Positions 37,804-47,968 of a stretch of DNA of 64,000 nt are shown here, piece by piece; the stretch's first letter is position 1, and every line of letters starts with the position of its first letter. This DNA is from Halorutilales archaeon Cl-col2-1 (GTDB taxonomy: Archaea; Halobacteriota; Halobacteria; Halobacteriales; Afararchaeaceae). The notes beneath the pieces were generated by a model. It ran no database searches, was not told the origin of the DNA, and saw nothing but the letters and a program-made list of their open reading frames with translations. The position numbers and the translations under genes are program-made. The stretch covers positions 1,664,001-1,728,000 of the forward strand of contig CP169074.1 of assembly GCA_041891055.1 (NCBI GenBank), given 5' to 3'.

Positions 37804-40170
37804 ACGTGACGAGTTAGCCACGACCAATAGGCTGCTTGTCGCCATAGCGACCGCAGCGACCACGGGGTTAATATGCCCCGTGACTGCTGCGGGTATCGCC
37901 ACGGCGTTGTAGAGAAACGCCCAGCCCAGGTTGTGTCTGATCCTCTTTCTCGTCTTCTCCGTCATCTCGAAGATCTCCGGGACGGCTCTTATGTCGTCGG
38001 TCGTGTTGACCACGTCGGCGGCGTCGACTGCGAGAGTCGTCCCGTCTCCGACTGCTATTCCGAGATCGGCTTTTGCGAGAGCGGGTGCGTCGTTGGTTCC
38101 GTCGCCGACCATCACGGTCGCACCGTCGGACTCCGCCCTGAGTCTCTCGACTATCTCCGCCTTTGCCTCTGGGGGAACCTCTGCGAAGACGTGGTCTACC
38201 CCGTCGCCCTCGAACCTCTCGGCGGCTTCGGCTGTGTCGCCGGTTATGATAGCTACTTCGCGTCCGTCTGCGACCTCCTCGACTGTCTCCTCCCAGCCGT
38301 CTCTCGTCTTGTCGCCTACGACTACCACCGCCCTCGCTGTGTCGTCCCAGCCCACGAAGACGGGAACCTTCCCCGACTCGCGCGCTTCCTCGGCTGTCTC
38401 CTCGAATACCTCTGTTTCGAGACCCTTCTCATCGAAGAGTTCGGAGCTACCCACGTAGATCCTGTCGTCCTTGACCTCGGCGCTGACTCCCATTCCAGGG
38501 TGCTGTCTGAACTCCTCGGCTTCTCTGTTCGACTCGAACTCCGACGTGAAGGCGTCGGCTATGGGATGACTCGAAAACTCCTCGACTGCGGCGGCTCTCT
38601 CTACGGCTTCTTCGTCACCCTCGACTTCGAGAGCCTCCATCTCCCCTGTCGTGACAGTTCCCGTCTTGTCGAACGCAACAGTTCCGACATCGCCGCCCTT
38701 CTCGAAGACAGACGGGTCGTTGACGACTATGCCGTGTCTGAGACCGTCGTTTATTCCCGAAGCGACTGCGAGCGGAGTAGCGACTCCCAAGGCGCACGGA
38801 CACGAGACTATTAGAACCGAGAGGGCTGTCAGAACCGATGACTCGATACTCGACCCTAAGGCGACCTGTGCGACGAAGGTAACAGCCGCGACCGTGAGAA
38901 CCAGAGGCACGAAGACACCGGCTATCTTGTCGGCGAGCCTCTGTACCCCCGGACGTGAAGACTGTATCTCCCAGAGTAGCTCCACGAGACGGTCAAGTGT
39001 GCTCGTGGCGTCGTCGGCGACCTCGACCGTCACGGCGTTCTGGGCGACGACCGAGCCGCCTATGACTTGGTCTCCTTCTTGCTTCCTCACCGGAACAGAC
39101 TCCCCCGTGACGAGCGACTCGTCTACCGCGGGTGTTCCCTCGACGACCTTTCCGTCAACGGGTATTCTCTCGCCGGGCTTGACGAGTATACGGTCTCCGG
39201 CGTCGAGTCTGTCTATCCCGACTGTCTCGTATCCGCCGTCGACTGCCTTCCTCGCCTCGTCGGCTCTCTCCTGTTTGAGCTCTGCTACGACGTTAGTCGC
39301 GCGTCTCTTTATCCTCTCCTCGTAGTAGTTACCGACCGAGACGACGACGACAATAACGACAGTTATGTCGAAGTAGATCTCGTTGCCGCCCGTGAGTACT
39401 ACACCCGCGCTGTATACGTAGGCACCGACGGCGGCTACCGCGACTAAGAGATCCATGTTGGGCTGTCCCGACCTGAGGCTGACGTAGGCTCCCCGGAGTA
39501 TCGGGAAGCCCGTTACGACGAGTATCACCGTTGTTAGTAGCCAGACCTCAGTAGGGATTATCGACCCCCACGCACTTGAACCGAATACCGACGACTCGAA
39601 GCCGAAGTACATCGGATAGAGGAAGCCGATGTAGAGCATCATCGTGATCATGCCGAGGACACCACCGACGCCGAGCCGGATCGCTGTCCTCACGTCACTC
39701 GACTCGGGACTCTCGACGTCTATGCTTCGTGCTCTGTAACCGAACCCTGTGACTGCGTCACGTATCCTTTCCCCGTCTATCACGTCCTCGTCGTAGGACA
39801 CCTTCACCATGTCGGAGGCATAGCTCGCGTCGACGGAGCCGACGCCCTTCTCCGAGGCTACCTGTGACTCTATGAACGCCTCACACGTCGAGCAGTGCAT
39901 TCCGTCGACTGCTAGGTACTCGGTCTCTGGGTCTTCTATCTGTATCTCTGTCTCGTCTCCGGCGTACTCGTTGACTTCGTCGGGATCTATCTCCCCGAAC
40001 TCGGAGTAGACCTCCAGACAGCCTCGGCAGCAGAAACCGCCGTCGACCCCGTCCCTCGTTACGGGTGGGTCAGGTGTCGGGAGGTCACACAGATCGCAGC
40101 CCTCCGTATCCGTATTCGTGTCCGTGTCGGTGCTGTCTGATCCTTCCCCCGATCGTAGGCTGAGTGACAT
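37792..40170 (-). CDS. Heavy-metal (Cu) P1B-type ATPase, CcoI/FixI-like
   Basis: C..C and FCC.GC N-terminus, CSTC HMA, TGES, CPC, DKTGT and GDGTND motifs; downstream of oxidase genes. Confidence 0.93.
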   Translation of the reverse strand: MSLSLRSGEGSDSTDTDTNTDTEGCDLCDLPTPDPPVTRDGVDGGFCCRGCLEVYSEFGEIDPDEVNEYAGDETEIQIEDPETEYLAVDGMHCSTCEAFIESQVASEKGVGSVDASYASDMVKVSYDEDVIDGERIRDAVTGFGYRARSIDVESPESSDVRTAIRLGVGGVLGMITMMLYIGFLYPMYFGFESSVFGSSAWGSIIPTEVWLLTTVILVVTGFPILRGAYVSLRSGQPNMDLLVAVAAVGAYVYSAGVVLTGGNEIYFDITVVIVVVVSVGNYYEERIKRRATNVVAELKQERADEARKAVDGGYETVGIDRLDAGDRILVKPGERIPVDGKVVEGTPAVDESLVTGESVPVRKQEGDQVIGGSVVAQNAVTVEVADDATSTLDRLVELLWEIQSSRPGVQRLADKIAGVFVPLVLTVAAVTFVAQVALGSSIESSVLTALSVLIVSCPCALGVATPLAVASGINDGLRHGIVVNDPSVFEKGGDVGTVAFDKTGTVTTGEMEALEVEGDEEAVERAAAVEEFSSHPIADAFTSEFESNREAEEFRQHPGMGVSAEVKDDRIYVGSSELFDEKGLETEVFEETAEEARESGKVPVFVGWDDTARAVVVVGDKTRDGWEETVEEVADGREVAIITGDTAEAAERFEGDGVDHVFAEVPPEAKAEIVERLRAESDGATVMVGDGTNDAPALAKADLGIAVGDGTTLAVDAADVVNTTDDIRAVPEIFEMTEKTRKRIRHNLGWAFLYNAVAIPAAVTGHINPVVAAVAMATSSLLVVANSSRSVV

Positions 40171-40233
40171 CTATGTCTTGTGATTACTTTCTATTCTACG
40201 CGGTTCGCGCTAAGAAATAGGATTCGTGATGTC

Positions 40234-41034
40234 CTATGCTCCGCCCACACCGAGGTAGACGAAGGCGACTATGAAGAGCCAGACGGCGTCCACGAAATGC
40301 CAGTAGAGCGACGTGGCTCTCACAGCGAGATGTCTCTCGGAGCCGAAGTGCCCCTTGAACATCGATCTGACTCCGACTATGCCTATCATTATGAGACCGA
40401 CTACGACGTGGGCACCGTGGGTTCCGGTGAGTGCGTAGAAGGTCGACGCGTAGGCTCCTGCACTCGGAACCATGCCCTCGGCGACCATGTGCATGTACTC
40501 GAATCCCTGTCCTGCGAGGAAGACGAGACCCAGGACCACTGTGGCTACGAGTCCGATGTGGAACTTACCTCGGTTGCCCTCCTTTATCTGCTCCTCAGCC
40601 CAGTGCATCGTCAGACCGCTCGTGAGTAGGATGACGGTCAGACCGAGTGCGTAAGGGACGCTCAGACCCGGTAGTCCTTCGGGAGGCCAGGGTCCGTTCT
40701 TCGCCTTCAGGACGAAGAAGGCACCGAAGAGGACTCCGAAGACGATAATCTCCGAGACTACGATGAAGGCGAGCGCGAGTATTCCGCTGTTGAAGTCGAG
40801 TAACTCCTTCTTCTGTTCGGGTATTATGCCTCTCTCGAACTCCTTCGCGTAGTCTCTCGTCCAGCTGTAGGTTCCGAAGAGGAATATAACCGCTCCGACG
40901 CCTATCGGAAGAGCGCCCTTGACTGCGAGTCCTACGAAGAGAACCACGAGTCCGAGGACTATCGTGAAGGGTGCTACGCTTGCGTGTGGGAAGCCTTCTG
41001 CACCTTCTCCGTATCTGACTTCTTCACTGCTCAT
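40234..41034 (-). CDS. coxC: Heme-copper oxidase subunit III
   Basis: TGTHGAHV and YWHFVDAVW motifs. Confidence 0.92.
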   Translation of the reverse strand: MSSEEVRYGEGAEGFPHASVAPFTIVLGLVVLFVGLAVKGALPIGVGAVIFLFGTYSWTRDYAKEFERGIIPEQKKELLDFNSGILALAFIVVSEIIVFGVLFGAFFVLKAKNGPWPPEGLPGLSVPYALGLTVILLTSGLTMHWAEEQIKEGNRGKFHIGLVATVVLGLVFLAGQGFEYMHMVAEGMVPSAGAYASTFYALTGTHGAHVVVGLIMIGIVGVRSMFKGHFGSERHLAVRATSLYWHFVDAVWLFIVAFVYLGVGGA

Positions 41035-41807
41035 CAGTTCTCACCTCCGAGAGAGACGTTACCGCCGTTCTCCTCGACCCACTCCTCGTACTCGTCTTGG
41101 GGCATGACCTGTATATTTCCTGCCATCTTTGAGTGTCCCGATCCACACAGCTCAGCACAGTTGACGCTGTAGGTTCCGGGCTCCTCGACCATTATCCAGC
41201 CCGTGTTGGTCTGTCCCGGAACTGCGTCGACCTTGAATCCGAGTGCCTGTACCGCGAAGCTGTGTATGACGTCTCTAGACTTGATGTTGAGATGGACGAC
41301 GGTGTTAGTCGGGACTCTCATCTTACCGTTACCTGCTGCCATCGTCGTTCCTCCGTCTATATGGGGGTTGTCGACCATCCACGCGAACTGCATACCCGTG
41401 ACGTCGACCGTCATCTCGGGCTTATCCTCGGGAGGCTTATCGAGCTCCGCGAGTCCTCCCATCGACATCATCACTGTCATGAGTATGAGGAGGGCGACCG
41501 CGCCGGTCCAAACTCCGAAGGGTATCCTCATCCATCCCTCGGGAAGCGGCTTCGGAACCGAGTTCATCGCGTCGGAGTACCTGACCATCATGTAGATGAC
41601 GTAGAGGAGTGTCGCTCCTCCGAGCGCGAGCGCGATCACGAAGCCCACGAACTTGAGGTTCTGAGTAACCTGGACGGGATAGCCGCCCGACTCTATCATT
41701 ATCTCGTTCCCTCGTATCATGCTCTGGAAGTCGATAAACAGAGCTAGGAACGAGAAGAAGAACGCGATTCCGACTCCGATTGCCGTAGTCTTTGACGTCT
41801 TACTCAT
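41034..41807 (-). CDS. coxB: Cytochrome c oxidase subunit II (CuA)
   Basis: DVIHSF and CAELCGSGHSKM motifs. Confidence 0.93.
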   Translation of the reverse strand: MSKTSKTTAIGVGIAFFFSFLALFIDFQSMIRGNEIMIESGGYPVQVTQNLKFVGFVIALALGGATLLYVIYMMVRYSDAMNSVPKPLPEGWMRIPFGVWTGAVALLILMTVMMSMGGLAELDKPPEDKPEMTVDVTGMQFAWMVDNPHIDGGTTMAAGNGKMRVPTNTVVHLNIKSRDVIHSFAVQALGFKVDAVPGQTNTGWIMVEEPGTYSVNCAELCGSGHSKMAGNIQVMPQDEYEEWVEENGGNVSLGGEN

Positions 41808-43437
41808 CTTCTACACCTCCGTCGGTCTCGACATTAGTTCCTGTATCGGCTCCTCCGTCGGGACTCGCCTGCGAGACGTTCGAGGGAGTCGGAGGCGTGT
41901 AGGGCATGCCGTCCCACTCGGGCGACGGCATCCTCTTGCGTTCTTCTTCCCAGGGCTCTTCGGTCTTCTCGCCGCTTCTGAGACTCATCAGAGCGTTGAC
42001 GACGAAGATGACCTGCCCGACCCCGAGAAGGAACGCCGCGACCGTCGTGAGTTCGTGGGTCGACTGGAGACTCGCGTGGTAGGTGTAGTCGGCGTATCTC
42101 CTTATCATGCCGTGTTCACCTAGCTTCGCGAGTCCGAGGAATGTGAGAGGCGCGAAGACGGCTGTGAAGTAGAAGTGCCATCTTCCGAGTCTCTCGTTGT
42201 ACATCCTGCCCGTCATCGCGGGGAACCAGTAGTAGACCGCCCCGAAGAATCCCATTATGACTCCTCCGAAGAGGGTGTAATGGAAATGCGAGACGACCCA
42301 GTAGCTCTCGTGGAAGAACTCGTCGAGCACGGGGCTTCCGAGCATTATTCCGTCGAGTCCCGAGAGTATCAGCATTATTCCCGCGCCTACGGAGAAGAGC
42401 ATCGGCGTCTTGAGACTGATGCTTCCTCCCCACATCGTCGCCATCCAGCTGAATATTAAAACCGCGAATCCGACCGTTATACTGAGGGTCGTGAGCATGA
42501 AGCCGTACTGGGCTCCGCCGAGTGACCCCGTCGTGTACATGTGGTGCGCCCAGACGAGTGCCGACATCGTCGTGATAAAGCCGAGTGCGGCGACGTACCA
42601 CTTGTATCCGTAGAGTGGTCTTCCCGAGAACCTCGGTATTATCTCACCTATCGATCCGAGGAACGGCAGTAGGACGAGATAGACCTCGGGATGTCCGAAG
42701 AGCCAGAAGAAGTGCTGGTAGAGTATCGGCGATCCACCGTTCGCGGGGTCGAAGAAGACGAAGCCGTACGTGGCTTCGAGGAATGTCATCGCCATCGCGA
42801 CTACGAGCGGAACCAGAGCCACGACGGCGAGTAACGCCTCGAACGCCATCGCCCAGATGAAGACGGGCATGTCGAAGAGACCCATCTCGGGGTCGCGCTC
42901 GTTGAGTATCGTTACGAGGAAGTTGACAGACCCGACGGTCGAGCTAGTTCCCGTGAGTACGATACCGAGGAACCAGAGCTTCCCTCCGAGCCCCATCCTG
43001 AGTGACAGCGGAGCGTACGTCGTCCAGCCTCCGTTGAATGGGAGGTCTGTGACTCCGAGGACGTATGTGACAGCTGTCACCCATATCAGGAAGGAGCCAC
43101 CCGCCATACACCAGTAACTTAGTGCGTTGGCACGCGGATAAGCCATCTCGTCGGCTCCGACCATCGGGGGTATGAAGTAGTTCCCGACGACCGCGACTGC
43201 CGACATCGCGACTATGAATATCATCGTGCCGCCGTGGAGTGTCACGAGCGAGTTGAACTCGACCTGCGAGAGGAACTGACCCGCCGACGGCGTCATGAGC
43301 TCAAGACGGAACGCGAGTGCCGCCGCCCCCGCGACTACGAGGAAGAAGACGGTGTGCCACAGGTACATTGCCCCGACGTCGGAGTGGTCCGTCGTGTAGA
43401 ACCACCTTTTTATCCCGCTGGGTTTATGCTGTCCCAT
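41800..43437 (-). CDS. coxA: Cytochrome c oxidase subunit I (A-type)
   Basis: GHPEVY, WAHHM and HFHY motifs. Confidence 0.96.
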   Translation of the reverse strand: MGQHKPSGIKRWFYTTDHSDVGAMYLWHTVFFLVVAGAAALAFRLELMTPSAGQFLSQVEFNSLVTLHGGTMIFIVAMSAVAVVGNYFIPPMVGADEMAYPRANALSYWCMAGGSFLIWVTAVTYVLGVTDLPFNGGWTTYAPLSLRMGLGGKLWFLGIVLTGTSSTVGSVNFLVTILNERDPEMGLFDMPVFIWAMAFEALLAVVALVPLVVAMAMTFLEATYGFVFFDPANGGSPILYQHFFWLFGHPEVYLVLLPFLGSIGEIIPRFSGRPLYGYKWYVAALGFITTMSALVWAHHMYTTGSLGGAQYGFMLTTLSITVGFAVLIFSWMATMWGGSISLKTPMLFSVGAGIMLILSGLDGIMLGSPVLDEFFHESYWVVSHFHYTLFGGVIMGFFGAVYYWFPAMTGRMYNERLGRWHFYFTAVFAPLTFLGLAKLGEHGMIRRYADYTYHASLQSTHELTTVAAFLLGVGQVIFVVNALMSLRSGEKTEEPWEEERKRMPSPEWDGMPYTPPTPSNVSQASPDGGADTGTNVETDGGVEDE

Positions 43438-43563
43438 GATACACCCCCTCGCTCAAACGTTTAGCGTAGCTATTCATCCCACCATATGCGTGTATCTTAC
43501 AGTCCATTCTCTGCCAACCGATGATTGTCTATTAAGAGAACAAAAGTCCTTCGTTTCAAACTG

Positions 43564-43884
43564 TTATGTCCTAGACCTAACCGCGATATATCCCACGGCT
43601 CCGAAGATCACGGCTATCACGAACTTGATCGAGAAGAGCATCATCGGAAGCGAGTAAGATGGAAGACTTCCTATAACGAATCCTGCTGGTGTTCCTATCC
43701 AGAGACCGAGGAAGACGCCGACAGCGGTTCCTATTATCCTTTTCTCCCTCGTAGTCGGAGAACCCCCCGACCGTCTCCAGACAGTCCCCTCACCGCCACA
43801 TACGAGACAGCTGTCGGATCGCAGGAACTCACCCACTCCGCCACAGGCGGGACATTCCCTCCTCTCCTCGTCGCGGTCTGCCAT
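43564..43884 (-). CDS. Small Zn-finger membrane protein
   Basis: CPACGG.G...CLVCGGEG plus two TM helices. Confidence 0.6.
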   Translation of the reverse strand: MADRDEERRECPACGGVGEFLRSDSCLVCGGEGTVWRRSGGSPTTREKRIIGTAVGVFLGLWIGTPAGFVIGSLPSYSLPMMLFSIKFVIAVIFGAVGYIAVRSRT

Positions 43885-43945
43885 GCCAGAGATTTCGTCT
43901 CGAAGATTAAAACTGTGTTGAGCTATCTCTACCCCGTCTACACTA

Positions 43946-45088
43946 CTACTGAAGAACCTGCTCGGCTATCGTGTTTCTCTGTATCTCGCTCGTTCCCTCG
44001 TATATCTCGTTTATGCGTGCGTCCCTGTAGTAGCGTTCTATTGGCTTCTCGTCTATGTAGCCGTATCCTCCGTGGAGCTGGACAGCCTCGTTGGTGACCT
44101 CACGTGAGACCTCCGAGGCATAGAGCTTCGCCCTCGAAGACGCGAGTATGAGGTTTCCGTTTCCTCTCTCCTTTATGTCCGCCGCCTTGTGTGTGATGAG
44201 ACGTGCGTTCTCTGTCTTGACGTCCATGTCGGCAATCTTGTGCTGTATAGCCTGCATGCCCGAAAGAGGTCCTCCGAACTGCTCCCTCTCCTGGACGTAG
44301 TCTATCGAGGCGTCGAGTGCCGCCTGTGCGATTCCGACCGAACGCGCGGCTATCGAGACACGTCCGCTGTTGAGAGATATGAGAGCCTGCTTGAGACCCG
44401 CACCCTCTTCGCCTATCATGTTCTCCTCGGGAACACGTAGACCGTCTATGTTGACCTCCGAGACGGGGTTTCCGTGGTCTCCGAGCTTGTCGAAGACCTT
44501 CATTATCTCGAACGAGTCGTTGTCCTCTATGTCGGCGACGAAGGCGGATATTCCGCGTCCTCCAGCGTCGGGGTCGGTCTTGGCGAATATGATCGCAGTG
44601 CCCGCGACTGCGCCGTTAGAGGTCCACATCTTCTCTCCGTCTATGACGTACTCGTCGCCGTCCTTCTCGGCGGTCGTCGTCATCTTAGAGACGTCGCTTC
44701 CCGCTCCCCTCTCCGAGAGACAGAACGCTCCTATCTTCTCTCCCTTGACGAGAGGCGGCATCCACTCGTCCTTCTGTTCCTCTGTTCCGAACCTGTCTAT
44801 GACGTTTATGGGAAGTCCGTGTGCGGCGACGACTGTGCCGAGACCTCCGCTCGCCCTCGCTATCTCCTCTATGGTGTAAGCGTAACAGTGGTAATCCATC
44901 CCGGGTCCACCGTACTCCTCGCCGTAGGGAACCCCGAAGTATCCCTTGTCAGCGATCTTCTCGGCGACGTCATGGGGGAACTCGTCCTCCTTGTCTATTC
45001 GGTCTCCTTCGGGTGCGACTTCCTCGTCGACGAACTCTCTGACCTCTTCTCTCCAGGCTTCCTGCTCGTCTGTTGGCTCGAAGTTCAT
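43946..45088 (-). CDS. Acyl-CoA dehydrogenase
   Basis: LSE.GAGSD, REQFG, QLHGGYGY and IYEGTSEIQR motifs. Confidence 0.95.
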   Translation of the reverse strand: MNFEPTDEQEAWREEVREFVDEEVAPEGDRIDKEDEFPHDVAEKIADKGYFGVPYGEEYGGPGMDYHCYAYTIEEIARASGGLGTVVAAHGLPINVIDRFGTEEQKDEWMPPLVKGEKIGAFCLSERGAGSDVSKMTTTAEKDGDEYVIDGEKMWTSNGAVAGTAIIFAKTDPDAGGRGISAFVADIEDNDSFEIMKVFDKLGDHGNPVSEVNIDGLRVPEENMIGEEGAGLKQALISLNSGRVSIAARSVGIAQAALDASIDYVQEREQFGGPLSGMQAIQHKIADMDVKTENARLITHKAADIKERGNGNLILASSRAKLYASEVSREVTNEAVQLHGGYGYIDEKPIERYYRDARINEIYEGTSEIQRNTIAEQVLQ

Positions 45089-45183
45089 ACTTCGAAATCC
45101 GTTCGTCGCACGTTAAATCTTCCGAACTATCCTTGTTTAACATGGAGGTTAGAACGCGAAGGACGACTCCGACAACGAATAGA

Positions 45184-46023
45184 TCAGTCGAGACTTATCT
45201 CGACGCCGTAGATATCCTCGGGCGTCTCGACGTTCGCCTCGTACATGACCTCCTCGTGGTCGTCGATCAGAGAGCGTACACGCCGCGGTACGGTACGTAG
45301 TCCGAGGACTGCACCCGGACGGTCGGGGTCGTCTATGTAGTCGGTCTCCATCATGAACCTATCCTCCCTTTCCTCGACTGCCTGTCTTATCTGATCCTCC
45401 TTCGCCAAGACCGACGGTACCGGACCTTCGAGATCGGGTGGAGCGAAATGTTTGACGACCCTATCGGGGTTCATTCCGACCGACTCAGCCGTATCCGTAA
45501 TCTCCTCTAACTGGCTCGCTCCTTCTGTGTGAAGCTGTACAGCACAGCCGACCTCGCCTCCGAGCCTGAAGGCGTGTTCCATCACGTTGTTCGACGCCTC
45601 CCATATCTCGTCGGAGACTTCGTAATGGGGTCGCCCTGACTTGAGAGCGACCGCCTCGCCTTCCTCGACGTACTCGGCGGCGACTTCGAGACCCTCCTTC
45701 ATTATCTCCTCCGCCTCGTCGACCGACTTACCCCACTCAACGAGGTTCGTTATCAGACCCGGATGGACACCTAAGACGGGAAAGACGTCGGTCACGAACT
45801 CGCGGGCGTCTTCGGCAGTCGAGAGGCTGTAATCGAAGACATCGCGGAAGTCGTCGCCCGACGACGCCTGTATACCGTATCCCCAAGACGGCTTGTTGAC
45901 CATACACAGATGTGTCCCGCCGCTTCTCTCGAACTTCTTGACCGCATCTATTCCTTCGCCCTTCTTCGGGTCACAGTGCATATGGTTGTCGAGAACCGGA
46001 ATCGGGAGGTCTGGCTCCGACAT
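45184..46023 (-). CDS. TatD-family/amidohydrolase-fold metal-dependent hydrolase
   Basis: DNHMH, GRPHY, QLHTE and METDYIDD motifs; likely start MSEPD. Confidence 0.85.
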   Translation of the reverse strand: MSEPDLPIPVLDNHMHCDPKKGEGIDAVKKFERSGGTHLCMVNKPSWGYGIQASSGDDFRDVFDYSLSTAEDAREFVTDVFPVLGVHPGLITNLVEWGKSVDEAEEIMKEGLEVAAEYVEEGEAVALKSGRPHYEVSDEIWEASNNVMEHAFRLGGEVGCAVQLHTEGASQLEEITDTAESVGMNPDRVVKHFAPPDLEGPVPSVLAKEDQIRQAVEEREDRFMMETDYIDDPDRPGAVLGLRTVPRRVRSLIDDHEEVMYEANVETPEDIYGVEISLD

Positions 46024-46024
46024 C

Positions 46025-47539
46025 TCAGACACCTCGGCTCTCTTCGTCGCCGAGTGCGAGCGACGCGAGGAACGCCTGAAGCTGTATCTCTTCGTCGGCG
46101 CCTCTCGACACTCGGTAGTCGACCTCACCTATCCTGTCCATCAGACGTACCTTGACCCCATCGTCTATATCGAGGTCGAGAACCGAGCGATGGATCTGGT
46201 CTATGAGGTCGTCGCCTCCGATCCCTCTTCCCTTTATGAGTTCCTCCATCTCGTCTCTCGCGTCTCCGAAGTTACCCTCGACTGCTGTCGTGAGTATGGT
46301 CTCGACCTCCTCGGGTCTCGCGGTCGATGTCGTAGAGAAGACTGCGTCCTCGTCGACTGTCTCCCCTAGCGAAGACGCCGCTTGCAGGGCGTTGACTGCG
46401 CGTCTCATGTCGCCCTGTGAGACGAATCCGAGTGCGTCCAATCCGTCGTCGGTGACATCGACGCCCTCCTTGTCAGCGATGTAAGACATCCTCTCCGCGA
46501 CGGCGTCGTCGTCGAGGGGCGAGAACCTGAAGACAGCACATCTAGACTGTATGGGATCTATTATATTCGACGAGTAGTTACACGAGAGTATGAAACGGCA
46601 CGTGTTGGTGTACATCTCCATCGTACGACGGAGTGCGGGCTGAGCGTCGCTCGTGTTATGAGTGAGTATTCCGTTCCCGAGCATGAAGTTGGGAGTGCCC
46701 TCCATCGTGATGTTGTATGCTTTTCCACGGTGGCTGTACTCTATGCTCGTGACCTCGGCTGTCTCGACCTCTCTGAGACCGCCGTCGAGGGCTGCGGGCT
46801 GACGTCTTCTTTCAGTCTCTGACACACCTACATCGTCTCTGAAGTCGGCAATCTCGTCTCCGACTTCGAGCTCCCTTAGCTCCTTCTCCACGAGTCTACC
46901 GTCGTCTCCAACGGTGAAGAAGGGATGTTCGCGACTCGCCGTCACCGTCCTTCCGTCTTCTAACTCGATCTCGAAGAAGTCGGCTACGCCCGAGTCTATG
47001 AGCCTTCCCGAGTCCGACTGTATCTCGTTAGTCTCGAAATCGACCGACGGAATCGGTTCGCCGTCCTCGTCAACTTCTTCTATTGCCTTGACCTCGGGTG
47101 ACGACGGATATCCTGTCACGACCTCTGTACCGGGAGGTACACAGAGCGAGTCCGCCTCGTCGAGGAATATTATCTTGTAGTCGGCGTCTCCGACGGGGGA
47201 GGTGCGTGCGAAGTTCTTTATCTTCTCCCTCACGACGTCTATTCCTCTCTCGTCGCTCGCGTTTAGCTCAGTGAAGTTGTCGCGCCACGAGTCGCCGTAG
47301 AGGTCGTGGACGAGTGCGTGTGCCGACGTCGTCTTTCCTATACCTGCTTGACCTGAGAACAGAAGGTTTGGAACGTTTCCGGTCTCGACGTACGACTTGA
47401 GTCTCTCTGTTATATCGTCCTGTCCGACTATGTCGTCGAGGGTGCGCGGACGGTACTTCTCGACCCAGAGATCACCGCGCTGAACGTTTTCCTCTCGTGT
47501 GTCTCCTCCGTCTCCTTCGTCTGTATCATCCACGTCCAT
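46025..47539 (-). CDS. rfcS: Replication factor C small subunit, intein-containing
   Basis: WVEKYRP, GIGKTT, ELNASDERG, DEAD and SRC motifs. Confidence 0.95.
   Translation of the reverse strand: MDVDDTDEGDGGDTREENVQRGDLWVEKYRPRTLDDIVGQDDITERLKSYVETGNVPNLLFSGQAGIGKTTSAHALVHDLYGDSWRDNFTELNASDERGIDVVREKIKNFARTSPVGDADYKIIFLDEADSLCVPPGTEVVTGYPSSPEVKAIEEVDEDGEPIPSVDFETNEIQSDSGRLIDSGVADFFEIELEDGRTVTASREHPFFTVGDDGRLVEKELRELEVGDEIADFRDDVGVSETERRRQPAALDGGLREVETAEVTSIEYSHRGKAYNITMEGTPNFMLGNGILTHNTSDAQPALRRTMEMYTNTCRFILSCNYSSNIIDPIQSRCAVFRFSPLDDDAVAERMSYIADKEGVDVTDDGLDALGFVSQGDMRRAVNALQAASSLGETVDEDAVFSTTSTARPEEVETILTTAVEGNFGDARDEMEELIKGRGIGGDDLIDQIHRSVLDLDIDDGVKVRLMDRIGEVDYRVSRGADEEIQLQAFLASLALGDEESRGV
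46655..47143 (-). mobile_element. Mini-intein (163 aa) in RFC after DEADSL
   Basis: Starts CVPPGT, block B TASREHPF, ends THN followed by T; no LAGLIDADG domain. Confidence 0.92.
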
Positions 47540-47567
47540 TCTTAGAAGAGATAAGTCGGCGTCGCCA

Positions 47568-47849
47568 TTAACTCTGTCTGTCGGGAGGTGCAGTCGACTC
47601 AAGCATCTCGACGAGATGTTCGAGTGTGACCTCCTCAACGCCTATGTCTATGTCGAGAGATCGGAACCAGTCCTCCGTGTATTCGGCACCGTGCTGTGTG
47701 AGACAGTACCCCATCTCGCCGTCTAACTTAACCGTCGTGACGAAGCCCTGGTTGAGAAGGCTGTCGAGTATATGGTCGAGATCCTCCTGTTCGACTTCGA
47801 GCTCCTCAAGCAGACTCGTATACTTGACACACGCTATCTTGTCCGCCAC
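47568..47849 (-). CDS. Hypothetical wHTH-like protein
   Basis: Acidic 93-aa ORF with L..QGFV...YCLT..G wing pattern. Confidence 0.55.
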   Translation of the reverse strand: MADKIACVKYTSLLEELEVEQEDLDHILDSLLNQGFVTTVKLDGEMGYCLTQHGAEYTEDWFRSLDIDIGVEEVTLEHLVEMLESTAPPDRQS

Positions 47850-47968
47850 TACCGAAGCAAAACGAGAACAGTATTTAATTATTGTGGATTTGCACGCGAG
47901 AGAAGTCGTGCTCTCTCGGGGTTTTGTCCTAACGGTATTCTCTTAAACCTCCGAGAGAGTCTAAGAGT

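Noticed and set aside
37873-39447. Long antisense/alternative-frame ORFs over housekeeping genes (here and throughout)
   Set aside because: Shadow ORFs typical of GC-rich, codon-biased DNA; no motifs and full overlap with confident genes
40292-40305. Partial match of the second guide in coxC (ACGAAATGCCAGT)
   Set aside because: Seed mismatch, TCC rather than CCN flank, intragenic; expected by chance
43451-43467. Imperfect palindrome CGCTCAAACGTTTAGCG upstream of coxA
   Set aside because: Single occurrence, differs from the CGAA-N4-TTCG box, no supporting evidence
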